From positions 38,971 through 102,970 of the forward strand of contig CAZUDV010000011.1 in assembly GCA_964619555.1 (NCBI GenBank): a DNA stretch of 64,000 bases. Direction: 5' to 3'. The stretch's first letter is position 1. Each line of letters begins with the position of its first letter. Positions 9,581-18,272 of this stretch are shown piece after piece. The notes beneath the pieces were generated by a model. It had not been told where the DNA came from. It saw only the letters and a list, made by a program, of their open reading frames with translations, and did not search any database. Source of the stretch: an uncultured Bacteroidales bacterium (GTDB taxonomy: Bacteria > Bacteroidota > Bacteroidia > Bacteroidales > JAGOPY01). The translations under genes were made by a program, and so were the position numbers.

Positions 9581-11689
9581 TTGATCCCTGAACTTTTTAC
9601 CGGTGAACCGGGATGGCTTGTCCTGCTATGCCTTCTACTGGGAGCCATTTATGCCGTTCTGCTGTACTTTCGTGAGAAAAAGAACGAATTCCCGTTACTG
9701 GCAAAGACCTTCCTCGGCCTGCTCCGGTTTCTCGCGGTCTTCCTGATCAGCTTTATGCTGCTTGCACCATTTCTGCGGACCGTAACCCGGGTTAAAGAAA
9801 AGCCTGTGATCATCCTTGCACTGGACCAGTCCCAGTCGGTTGTGCTTAATTCCGACTCCTCAGATTACAGGTCCCGTCTGCCCCAGGACCTGGATGAACT
9901 GGCCGGAAACCTGGAAAAGATCGCGGAGACCCGTCGATACCTGTTCGGGGAAAAACTGGTTGCCGTTCCACAAGGCCAGGACCTGTCCGATATGACTACC
10001 TACCGCGACCGCATGACCGATCTTTCCGGAATGCTGCAAGAACTGAAGGACATCTACGATAACCGGAATGTCGGGGCCCTGGTCATTGCTTCCGACGGGA
10101 TCTATAACACCGGTTCCAACCCATTGTTCTCTCAGTCCGAACCGACCTTCCCGATTTATACCCTGGCGATCGGAGATACAAGTCTTCGCCGTGATCTTCT
10201 GATCCTCAAGGTGAATTATAACCGGATGGTCTACCTGGATAATCAGTATCCGATCGAGGTGGTGGTCAGGGCAAATACAGCGGCAGGATCCTCAACACGG
10301 CTGAGAATATACCAGGACGGCAGACAACTGGTTTCACAGGACATTTTAATCGGCCGGGATGACTTTACAGGGGTGTTCCAGTTCGTGCTGAACGCCGGCC
10401 AAAGCGGGCTGAACAAGATCCTGATCACACTGGATGAAATTGAAGGGGAATTGTCATCGGCTAACAACCGAAAACAAATCTTCATTGAAACACTGGATTC
10501 CAGGAATAAAATACTCATCCTTTCATCAGCGCCGCACCCGGATATTTCCGCTTTGAAACAGGCCATCTCCTCCAACCAGAATTATGAAGTCGAGGAATAC
10601 GGCAGCCGGGATTTCCGGGGCAACCTGGAAGCCTTTAACCTTGTCATCCTGCACCAGCTGCCGTCAGTCGACGATCCAGCGGTTTCACTTTTGCAGGAAA
10701 TCGAACAGAAAAAGCTCCCTGTTCTTTTTATTCTCGGGCCGAAATCGGATCTTAACCGGTTCAACCAGATGAAGACGGGCCTTAACATCATCGCTTCCAG
10801 GATGGTCACGGAAGAAGCAGTGCCCGCATATAACCCCGATTTCAGCGCCTTTTCCCTGAATGAACCCACAAGGAGCTGGACAACAGGGCTGCCTCCGCTG
10901 AACAGTCCGCTGGGAGAGTACCAGGTGTCCAATTCAGCCAGGGTGCTGGTGAACCAGCGTTTGGGCAGCGTGGAAACTTCAAGGCCGCTGATCATGTTCA
11001 ATGAAGACCTGGATGGGCGTACCGGGGTCATTTCGGGTGATGGGCTCTGGAAATGGAGGCTGCACGATTATGCCAGGAACTCTGCTCATAACCATTTCAA
11101 TGAACTGGTCAACAAGACTGTCCAGTACCTGAGCGTAAAAGAGCAAAAGAAACAATTCAGGATTTATCATTTGTCTGATTTTCAAGAGAATCAGTCTATT
11201 GAATTCGACGCCGAACTGTACAACGATAACTATGAACTGATCAATGATCCGGAAATCGGTTTGACTATCCAGAATGAAGAAGGCAAGCAATTCCCCTTCG
11301 TTTTCAATAAATCCGGTAACGCCTATCACCTTAATGCAGGGTCATTTCCTCCGGGAAATTACAGTTATGTGGCAAAAGTTGAAGGTATGGGAAATTACCC
11401 TGCTGAAAGCGGGCAGTTTTCCGTTACAGCCCTTGACCTGGAAGCCCTGAATACGGTAGCTGACCATCATTTACTCTTTCAGCTGGCCGGGGAGAATATG
11501 GGCAAGATGTTCTTTCGCAATCAGATAAAGGAACTTGAATCGGAACTGTCAGGCAAAGAAGACATCAAACCGGTCAGCTATGCCCGGAAATCTTATGAAG
11601 ACCTGATCAATAAATGGTGGGTATTCGGCCTGATCCTGCTCTTGCTTTCCGTAGAGTGGTTCCTGCGCAAACGTTCAGGGGGATATTGA
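9581..11689 (+). CDS. Large membrane-anchored hypothetical protein (two N-terminal TM helices plus a C-terminal TM anchor)
   Basis: 702-aa ORF with a TTG start; no ATG is available upstream before an in-frame stop at 9548. Hydrophobic segments are WLVLLCLLLGAIYAVLLYF and FLGLLRFLAVFLISFMLLAPF. The C-terminal anchor is WWVFGLILLLLSVEWFLRKR. Confidence 0.7.
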   Translation: MIPELFTGEPGWLVLLCLLLGAIYAVLLYFREKKNEFPLLAKTFLGLLRFLAVFLISFMLLAPFLRTVTRVKEKPVIILALDQSQSVVLNSDSSDYRSRLPQDLDELAGNLEKIAETRRYLFGEKLVAVPQGQDLSDMTTYRDRMTDLSGMLQELKDIYDNRNVGALVIASDGIYNTGSNPLFSQSEPTFPIYTLAIGDTSLRRDLLILKVNYNRMVYLDNQYPIEVVVRANTAAGSSTRLRIYQDGRQLVSQDILIGRDDFTGVFQFVLNAGQSGLNKILITLDEIEGELSSANNRKQIFIETLDSRNKILILSSAPHPDISALKQAISSNQNYEVEEYGSRDFRGNLEAFNLVILHQLPSVDDPAVSLLQEIEQKKLPVLFILGPKSDLNRFNQMKTGLNIIASRMVTEEAVPAYNPDFSAFSLNEPTRSWTTGLPPLNSPLGEYQVSNSARVLVNQRLGSVETSRPLIMFNEDLDGRTGVISGDGLWKWRLHDYARNSAHNHFNELVNKTVQYLSVKEQKKQFRIYHLSDFQENQSIEFDAELYNDNYELINDPEIGLTIQNEEGKQFPFVFNKSGNAYHLNAGSFPPGNYSYVAKVEGMGNYPAESGQFSVTALDLEALNTVADHHLLFQLAGENMGKMFFRNQIKELESELSGKEDIKPVSYARKSYEDLINKWWVFGLILLLLSVEWFLRKRSGGY

Positions 11690-11704
11690 TAAGCGTAAAT
11701 TTCC

Positions 11705-12937
11705 ATGGGACAAACCATATTCATCGTTATCCTGGTCATCGTAATCCTGGACTTTTTCCTGGAAAGAGTGCTGGATTACCTCAATAGTACGCGATTCAGC
11801 GAAGACCTTCCCCGGGAACTGGAACATATTTATGACAGGGAGAAATACATCAAATCCCAGCGATATATCAGAACCAATCACCATTTTTCGCAAATAGTCG
11901 AATCATTCAATTTTATCCTGGTATTTGGGATGTTAATTTTAGGGGGATTCGCCTTCCTGGATGATCTTGTAAGGAATTATACTTCGAATCCGATCCTTGT
12001 CGCCCTGCTCTTTTTCGGGATCATCGGACTGGTTGCGGATATCCTGGGGACACCGTTCGGCGTATACTCAACCTTTGTAATCGAGGAAAAGTTTGGATTT
12101 AATAAGACCACCCCGAAGACCTTTATCCTGGACAAGCTAAAAGGATGGCTGCTGGGCCTGATCATCGGTGGAGGCCTGTTGGCCCTGGTGGTCTGGATTT
12201 ACACGATATCCGGCGGGTGGTTCTGGCTGATTGCCTGGGGGGCGATCACATTTTTCACCGTATTCATGAGTCTTTTTTATTCAAACCTTATTGTCCCTTT
12301 GTTTAACAAACAGACTCCACTGGGGCCGGGCGAGCTTCGGGATGCTATTGAAGCCTTCGCGGTCAAGACCGGTTTCAGGTTGAAAGATATCTACCTGATC
12401 GATGGCTCCAAGCGATCCACTAAAGCCAATGCTTATTTTACCGGCCTGGGAAGGAAAAAGCGTATCGTTCTTTATGATACGCTTGTCAATCAGCATACTA
12501 CAGAAGAGTTAGTGGCTGTGCTCGCTCACGAGATCGGGCATTATAAAAAGAAACATACGCTGATCGGAATGTCGTTGTCGATCCTGCAAACCGGGCTGAT
12601 GCTCTTGATTTTTTCAAGGTTCCTCGGTAATCCTCATCTTTCGGATGCCCTGGGTGTCAGCCAGCCTGGTTTCCATATCAGCCTGGTGGCTTTCGGGATA
12701 CTCTATACCCCTTTATCGCTTCTGCTTGGGCTGGTTATGAACGTGATCTCGAGGAAGCATGAATTCGCTGCGGATGCTTTCGCCGGTAAAAATTACCGTG
12801 CAGAGAACCTGACCGATGCCCTCGTGAAATTATCAGTGCACAACCTGAGCAATCTGAGGCCCCACCCGGCATACGTCTTCTTTCATTACTCCCATCCACC
12901 TTTGTTGGAGAGAATATCCGCCTTAAAGAAATTATAA
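11705..12937 (+). CDS. M48 family zinc metallopeptidase (Ste24/HtpX-like)
   Basis: 410 aa, multi-TM, with the HEIGH zinc motif (VLAHEIGHYKKKH). Confidence 0.85.
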   Translation: MGQTIFIVILVIVILDFFLERVLDYLNSTRFSEDLPRELEHIYDREKYIKSQRYIRTNHHFSQIVESFNFILVFGMLILGGFAFLDDLVRNYTSNPILVALLFFGIIGLVADILGTPFGVYSTFVIEEKFGFNKTTPKTFILDKLKGWLLGLIIGGGLLALVVWIYTISGGWFWLIAWGAITFFTVFMSLFYSNLIVPLFNKQTPLGPGELRDAIEAFAVKTGFRLKDIYLIDGSKRSTKANAYFTGLGRKKRIVLYDTLVNQHTTEELVAVLAHEIGHYKKKHTLIGMSLSILQTGLMLLIFSRFLGNPHLSDALGVSQPGFHISLVAFGILYTPLSLLLGLVMNVISRKHEFAADAFAGKNYRAENLTDALVKLSVHNLSNLRPHPAYVFFHYSHPPLLERISALKKL

Positions 12938-12956
12938 AGGAACAGATTTTTTTTCG

Positions 12957-13775
12957 CTAAAGGTCGCGTTTCCGGATGACGCCCAGGGAAATGACTGCAA
13001 ACAAGGCACTATAACCAACGGCGATAAGCACATCCTTGATCTTCAGCCCCGTTTGCAATTCCACGTCGAATTCCGGGGATTTGAACTGGATGAGCGAAGT
13101 ATTCGGGGTTTTGAGGATATGATTGATGGCATTGATCGGAAGATATGGCTGTATATCATCGGCGATTTTTTGTTGCACGATGATCTCAATGATGGGATAA
13201 ACGAAGAGTAACCCGATGGCGAAACCGGTCCTTTTGACCAGTATGGCGATCATCATGGAAAATAACAGGTAAGCCAGCATCTCGATGTAATAGCCCAGCA
13301 TGAATTCCATTTTGTCGAAAAATTGAGCGCTGCTAACACTGGAGGAATAGATCAGGCCCAGGATCAAACCCATGATAAAGACCAGCAGGGTGGCTACCAG
13401 GCTTAACAATCCCGCCAGGTAAATTTTCGACATCAGGAAGTCCGTCCTGCTGAGGCCATTGATGATATTGTTCCTGACGGTCAGGTAGGTGTATTCGTTG
13501 GTAACGAGCACGATCATGATCATGCCCAGGAATATTTTGATGAAGAACCGGATGGAAGCGGCCCACGACAGGTTCTGCCAGACGTCAGGGAAGTTGTAGA
13601 GGAAGTTCTTCAGCAGCTTCACTTCGGGAGCCTGCGATTTCATGGAAAAATAATCGATCAGGCTGGGCAACCCGTAAAAGAAGAAAACCATCGAAAAGAT
13701 GTAAATACCCAGCATGATCCAGAACATCCTGTACGGGATGATCTTTCGAAGTTCCAGTGTTAAGAGTTTGATCAT
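12957..13775 (-). CDS. ABC-2 type transporter permease
   Basis: 272 aa with about 6 hydrophobic helices. An ATGA overlap with the upstream ATPase gene (13772-13775) indicates an operon. Confidence 0.75.
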   Translation of the reverse strand: MIKLLTLELRKIIPYRMFWIMLGIYIFSMVFFFYGLPSLIDYFSMKSQAPEVKLLKNFLYNFPDVWQNLSWAASIRFFIKIFLGMIMIVLVTNEYTYLTVRNNIINGLSRTDFLMSKIYLAGLLSLVATLLVFIMGLILGLIYSSSVSSAQFFDKMEFMLGYYIEMLAYLLFSMMIAILVKRTGFAIGLLFVYPIIEIIVQQKIADDIQPYLPINAINHILKTPNTSLIQFKSPEFDVELQTGLKIKDVLIAVGYSALFAVISLGVIRKRDL

Positions 13776-14668
13776 GATTTATCGAGGAGTTCAAGGAAAT
13801 ACTTTTCCAAAGATTGTTTTCTTAATGCCAGGTGGTTCAGTATGATACCCAGATTGAAGAAATAATGGTTCAGTTCTGCCTGGCTGATGGGTTTGCCAAG
13901 TTTGATGATATACTTTTCGCCTTCTTCCTGGATGTTATCGACAAAATCGGAATTTTTCAGGGCCAGTTGAAGGGCCTGCATGTTTTCAGCGGCCAGTTCC
14001 ACCCATTGGGATTCGTTCAGGACCTGTTCCACCGGTCCGGCAAAAAGCTTCTTGCCTTTTTCAAGCACAGCCACATGCGTGCAGGTCTTTTGCACTTCGT
14101 CCAGGATATGGCTGGCCAGTATGATGGTAATGCCCTTCGACGCGACGTTCAGGATAATATGGCGGATCTCGGCGATGCCGAGAGGATCGAGGCCGTTGGT
14201 CGGTTCGTCGAGGATCAGGACCTCCGGGTTTCCCAACAAGGTTGCCCCGATAGCCAGCCGTTGTTTCATCCCCAGTGAGTAGGTACGGAACCGGCTGTGC
14301 TTGCGCTCGGCCAGACCTACCGTTTCCAGCGCCTGGTCAATGTCTCCTCCGGGTAATCCTTTTATTTCCGATATTAGCTTAAGATTTTGGTAACCTGTCA
14401 GATAAGGGTAGAACAACGGTACTTCCAGGATTGCCCCGATCCGCTTCCGCTGGTATTTATCAGGGGGTCCGCCAAACCACTGGAAATTTCCCGAATTTGG
14501 CCTGACCACATCCAGGAGCACCCCGAGAGTAGTGGTCTTTCCGCTGCCATTGGGACCTAAGATCCCATAGACGGAACCTTGCTCCACTTCAAGGTTCAGG
14601 TTATTTACTGCCGTGATGGAACCGTACCGCTTGGTCAGATTGTTAATGGAAAGGACAATATCTTTCAA
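13772..14668 (-). CDS. ABC transporter ATP-binding protein
   Basis: 298 aa. Walker A GPNGSGKTT, signature YSLGMKQRL and Walker B LILDEPTNGLD are present. TTG start, since an in-frame stop lies immediately upstream. Confidence 0.9.
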   Translation of the reverse strand: MKDIVLSINNLTKRYGSITAVNNLNLEVEQGSVYGILGPNGSGKTTTLGVLLDVVRPNSGNFQWFGGPPDKYQRKRIGAILEVPLFYPYLTGYQNLKLISEIKGLPGGDIDQALETVGLAERKHSRFRTYSLGMKQRLAIGATLLGNPEVLILDEPTNGLDPLGIAEIRHIILNVASKGITIILASHILDEVQKTCTHVAVLEKGKKLFAGPVEQVLNESQWVELAAENMQALQLALKNSDFVDNIQEEGEKYIIKLGKPISQAELNHYFFNLGIILNHLALRKQSLEKYFLELLDKS

Positions 14669-14761
14669 TGATCAAAAATATTGTGGTGAATATTTCTAAA
14701 ACGACTGAGGTCAATTTTCATTACAAAACAGTTAAAAAATTATTTCCGGCAGGTTATTTTC

Positions 14762-14769
14762 TATCTTTG
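14762..14769 (+). promoter_or_regulatory. Candidate Bacteroidota -7 promoter motif TAnnTTTG (TATCTTTG)
   Basis: Motif match read directly, 29 nt upstream of the preferred slyD ATG at 14798. Confidence 0.3.
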
Positions 14770-14797
14770 CCGCAAATTAATGAAAATCAATAAAATT

Positions 14798-15307
14798 ATG
14801 ACAATCGGAGAAAATAAAGTGGTTTCGATGACCTATATCCTTAAGGAAGAAAATGAAAATGGGAAACTGATCCAGGAAGTTACCAAAGACAGGCCATTTG
14901 TTTACCTCTTCAATATGGGCGGATTGTTGCCGGCTTTCAAGGCAAACCTGAGTGGACTGGCAGCCGGTGAGAATTTTTCTTTCATCCTGAAAAAAGAGGA
15001 TGCCTACGGTATTCCTGAAGAGGAAAATATTCTCCGTTTGGACAAGAATATCTTCGAGGTCGAAGGCGTGTTTGATGAGGCCAATATCAGGCCCGGCGCA
15101 GTGGTGCCGATGGAAGATGAAAACGGATATCCCCTGACGGGAAAGATCCTGGAAGTAAATCCCGACAATGTGCTCGTGGATTTCAACCATCCGTTGGCCG
15201 GCATGGACCTTTATTTTGAAGGGGAGATCCTGGATGTGCGTGAAGCTTCAGTCGAAGAGATAGCCCATGGCCATGCTCATGGCCCGGAAGGCCATCACCA
15301 CCATTGA
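14798..15307 (+). CDS. slyD: FKBP-type peptidyl-prolyl cis-trans isomerase SlyD with His-rich C-terminal tail
   Basis: MTIGENKVVSMTYIL aligns position-for-position with the SlyD N-terminus MKVAKDLVVSLAY, so I prefer the ATG at 14798 over the listed 14780. The tail is HGHAHGPEGHHHH. Confidence 0.85.
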   Translation: MTIGENKVVSMTYILKEENENGKLIQEVTKDRPFVYLFNMGGLLPAFKANLSGLAAGENFSFILKKEDAYGIPEEENILRLDKNIFEVEGVFDEANIRPGAVVPMEDENGYPLTGKILEVNPDNVLVDFNHPLAGMDLYFEGEILDVREASVEEIAHGHAHGPEGHHHH

Positions 15308-16015
15308 TCAACGGTAAAGTAAAAATACTGCCGGTTTCTTGTGAAAATCAGGCGGTTGGTTCCTTTTCCATCCTTTCACTGTCTGACTGGATATAAATTC
15401 ATCATCCATCGTCAGATTAACTGCAAGGCAAAGCACAGTGTCATCTTTGCATGTTTGCAGAATAGCTTCGAATAACTGGTTGTTCCTGTAAGGGGTTTCG
15501 ATTATGATCTGGGTCTGGTCCTTTTGCCAGGCTTCCGATTCGATTTGCCTGATCCGGTTTGCCCGCTCCCGTTTGTCGATGGGCAGATAACCATGAAATA
15601 CGAAATGCTGGCCATTCATGCCCGAGGCCATGAGAGCCAGGAAAACAGACGATGGACCGACCAACGGGACAACCCGAATGCCGGCCTCATGGGCGAGTTT
15701 TACCAGTGCGGCGCCCGGATCGGCCACGCAGGGCAGCCCGGCTTCGGAGAGCAAAACCAGGTTATTCCCTTCCAGCGCCGGATCCAGTAATGGCATGATG
15801 TCTTCTTCCGGGGTATGTTCATTCAACAGATTGAACGTCCGATCATCGATGTTGATCTCCGGGCTTGCTTTCTTCAGGAAACGCCTTGCAGTTCGAAGGT
15901 CTTCCACGATGAAGAACTTGATATCTTTAAGTAAATGAAGATGGTAGGTGGGGAGGCTCCGGTCGATCGGACTGTCGCCAAGGGTAGCAGGGAACAGATA
16001 GAGTTTGCCTTTCAT
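15308..16015 (-). CDS. SAM-dependent methyltransferase, tetrapyrrole-methylase (RsmI-like) superfamily
   Basis: MKGKLYLFPATLGD is an N-terminus typical of RsmI-like proteins. The ATG at 16015 forms an ATGA overlap with the upstream gene's stop, so I prefer it over the listed start at 16036. Confidence 0.75.
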   Translation of the reverse strand: MKGKLYLFPATLGDSPIDRSLPTYHLHLLKDIKFFIVEDLRTARRFLKKASPEINIDDRTFNLLNEHTPEEDIMPLLDPALEGNNLVLLSEAGLPCVADPGAALVKLAHEAGIRVVPLVGPSSVFLALMASGMNGQHFVFHGYLPIDKRERANRIRQIESEAWQKDQTQIIIETPYRNNQLFEAILQTCKDDTVLCLAVNLTMDDEFISSQTVKGWKRNQPPDFHKKPAVFLLYR

Positions 16016-16971
16016 GATTGCGGTTGATTTTGCCATGGCAAATGATCCAGGTTGACATTGCCTCCCGAAAGGATGATCCCGGTTCTTTTCCCGCGGAATG
16101 ATCCCGGATTCTCGAGAATGGCTCCCAGCGGGACAGCGGAGGAAGGTTCGATGAGGATCTTCATCCGTTCCCAGACCATCCGCATGGCGGTGACGATGCT
16201 TTCCTCCGAAACGGTAAGGATTTGTTCGACATGGTCGCGGATGATGGGGAACGTAAGCGAGCCAAGTGAGGTAAGGAGGCCGTCGGCGATCGTTTGGGGG
16301 TTGACGGAAGGGACGATCTGCCCGCTCCGGAGCGACCGGTATGCGTCATCGGCTCCTTTGGGCTCCCCGGCGATCACGCGCGTGGAAGGGGAGAGGTACA
16401 ACGTGGCCAGTGCGGTGCCGCTGAGCAGGCCACCGCCGCCGACCGGCGCCATGATAATGTCCAGATCCGGAACATTTTGGATGAGTTCCATCGCGGCAGT
16501 GGCCTGGCCGGCTATGATCCGGTAATCGTTGTAGGGATGGATTTCAACAGCGCCGGTTTTATCCATTACCTGCCGCAGGGTTTCCTCCCGGGCTACCAGG
16601 GTTGGCTTACAGAAAGTGATGATGCCGCCATATCCCCTTACTGCCTCGACCTTTACCGCCGGGGCGGTATCGGGCATCACGATATATGCTTTGGCGCCGC
16701 GCAGTTTCGCCGCCCGAGCCAGCGCCTGGGCGTGGTTCCCGGAGGAGTGGGTGCAGACGCCGCGGGATAATTCTTCCTCATTCAATGAAAACACGGCGTT
16801 GCAAGCCCCCCGGGATTTGAAGGCCCCGACTTTCTGGAAATTCTCGCATTTCAGGAAGATTTTCGCACCGGTGAGTGAATTCAGGAAAGCTGATGTGAGC
16901 ACCGGGGTGTGATGGATATGCGGGGAGATGCGCCTGTGGGCGGCTTCGATGGCAGCCAGGTCCGGGATCAT
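16012..16971 (-). CDS. PLP-dependent threonine/serine dehydratase family enzyme
   Basis: 319 aa. The PLP-lysine motif FQKVGAFKSRGACNA and a glycine-rich GGGGLLSG loop are present. Confidence 0.85.
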   Translation of the reverse strand: MIPDLAAIEAAHRRISPHIHHTPVLTSAFLNSLTGAKIFLKCENFQKVGAFKSRGACNAVFSLNEEELSRGVCTHSSGNHAQALARAAKLRGAKAYIVMPDTAPAVKVEAVRGYGGIITFCKPTLVAREETLRQVMDKTGAVEIHPYNDYRIIAGQATAAMELIQNVPDLDIIMAPVGGGGLLSGTALATLYLSPSTRVIAGEPKGADDAYRSLRSGQIVPSVNPQTIADGLLTSLGSLTFPIIRDHVEQILTVSEESIVTAMRMVWERMKILIEPSSAVPLGAILENPGSFRGKRTGIILSGGNVNLDHLPWQNQPQS

Positions 16972-17444
16972 GGCCTGGAGTTTTTAGTCTTCCGGATCTC
17001 ATCCGCGAGCACTTCGCAGGCTGAGTCCAGCATGTGGTAAACCTTTTCAAAACCGTCTTTCCCGCCGTAGTATGGATCCGGCACTTCCCGGTTTTCGCCG
17101 GGGTGGGAGAGGTTCAGGATATAATTCACTTTCTGCTCATCCTGGCTGGTTCGTGCCAGGGACATCACATCCCGGTAGTTGTACCGGTCCATGACGTAGA
17201 TGCGGTCGTACCGGTCGAAGTCCCGGGTGGTGAATTTGCGGGCCACATGCCCGTTGAGGCTGATGCCGTGCTGCCTGGCAATACCGGCAGAGCGCGGATC
17301 GGCGGGATCGCCGACATGGAAGCTTTCGAACCCGGCTGAATCCACTTCTGCGTCCAGGCCGGCCTTCCGGATCTTATCTTTCATGATGCCTTCAGCCAGG
17401 GGTGAGCGGCAAATGTTGCCAAGACAGACAAATAGAATCTTCAT
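16968..17444 (-). CDS. Low-molecular-weight protein-tyrosine phosphatase
   Basis: 158 aa with the active-site motif CLGNICRSP. ATGA overlap with the downstream gene. Confidence 0.9.
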   Translation of the reverse strand: MKILFVCLGNICRSPLAEGIMKDKIRKAGLDAEVDSAGFESFHVGDPADPRSAGIARQHGISLNGHVARKFTTRDFDRYDRIYVMDRYNYRDVMSLARTSQDEQKVNYILNLSHPGENREVPDPYYGGKDGFEKVYHMLDSACEVLADEIRKTKNSRP

Positions 17445-17573
17445 GAATCAAAAGTAGTGAAAATGGCCATTAATTCGATTTGATATGAATTAATCGATCA
17501 GGGGAAAATCAATCTTTTGAGATGACCTTCATATCGCAATTCTGATTAATTTTATTGACACTCCTGAAAAAGT

Positions 17574-18272
17574 ATGAAAAAGCCCGTTACACTGGTGTTT
17601 TTCTTTTTTACATCCCTGTCACTTAGTTTCGGACAGGATTTCTGGCAAGAAATATTTCTTCCGGACTCAATTATACCGATTAGAGTTGATTTTGATCAAT
17701 TAGTGAATTCATATTTACTTACCCTAGATGGAATATTAAGATCATCAGATAATGGAATAACCTGGAACAATATTTTGCCAGGCTACATTGTAACTTCATT
17801 AGAAGTGGATATCAATGGAGGCATCTATGCCGGCTGCGACAGCGATTTCGGACCGGAAGGAGTTCAATTTTCTTCGGATAACGGTTTGGCATGGGAATCC
17901 ATCAATTCGGGGCTGCACGACAATGCCTCTATCACTTCGCTTGCTATATCCCCGAATGAGTACATTTATGCAACAACTGTCTTTCCATCAAAGCTCTATA
18001 GAAGTATTAATCCGGTCGTTTCTGTGAATGTACCGGAAAAAGCTGAATCAGCGCTTCAAATTTTTCCAAACCTATGCAGTGATGTTATTTATATAAAAAA
18101 CGCAGTTCATTCAGTACAGAGTTCTGAACTGAATTATTTTCTTGAGGTTATAAATATAAAAAGTGAGGCTGTCTTTGCGAAAAGTGGCAAGAATTGCGGA
18201 GATGGGATAATTTCCTGCGATGTTTCTTCATTAAATCCAGGATTGTATTTATCATTTCACGATGATCATTGA
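17574..18272 (+). CDS. Secreted BNR/Asp-box repeat protein, short paralog with a truncated T9SS C-terminal domain
   Basis: Signal peptide present. Asp-box-like SSDNGITW and SSDNGLAW. A CTD-like segment LQIFPNLCSDVIYIK...LNPGLYLSFHDDH ends early compared with the neighbour. The N-terminus and core are paralogous to 18262..19521. Confidence 0.65.
   Translation: MKKPVTLVFFFFTSLSLSFGQDFWQEIFLPDSIIPIRVDFDQLVNSYLLTLDGILRSSDNGITWNNILPGYIVTSLEVDINGGIYAGCDSDFGPEGVQFSSDNGLAWESINSGLHDNASITSLAISPNEYIYATTVFPSKLYRSINPVVSVNVPEKAESALQIFPNLCSDVIYIKNAVHSVQSSELNYFLEVINIKSEAVFAKSGKNCGDGIISCDVSSLNPGLYLSFHDDH
17781..18020 (+). repeat. Diverged direct DNA repeat copy A (paralogous core of the two BNR genes)
   Basis: Aligned by eye to 18997..19236 without gaps. 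Identity is roughly 75-85%, at about 72% over the first 60 nt and higher afterwards. Confidence 0.8.

Noticed and set aside
17574-18272. Calling the short BNR paralog a pseudogene outright
   Set aside because: It keeps an intact signal peptide and an open frame. Truncation of the CTD is suggestive but not proof, so I kept it as a CDS and flagged it in the findings.
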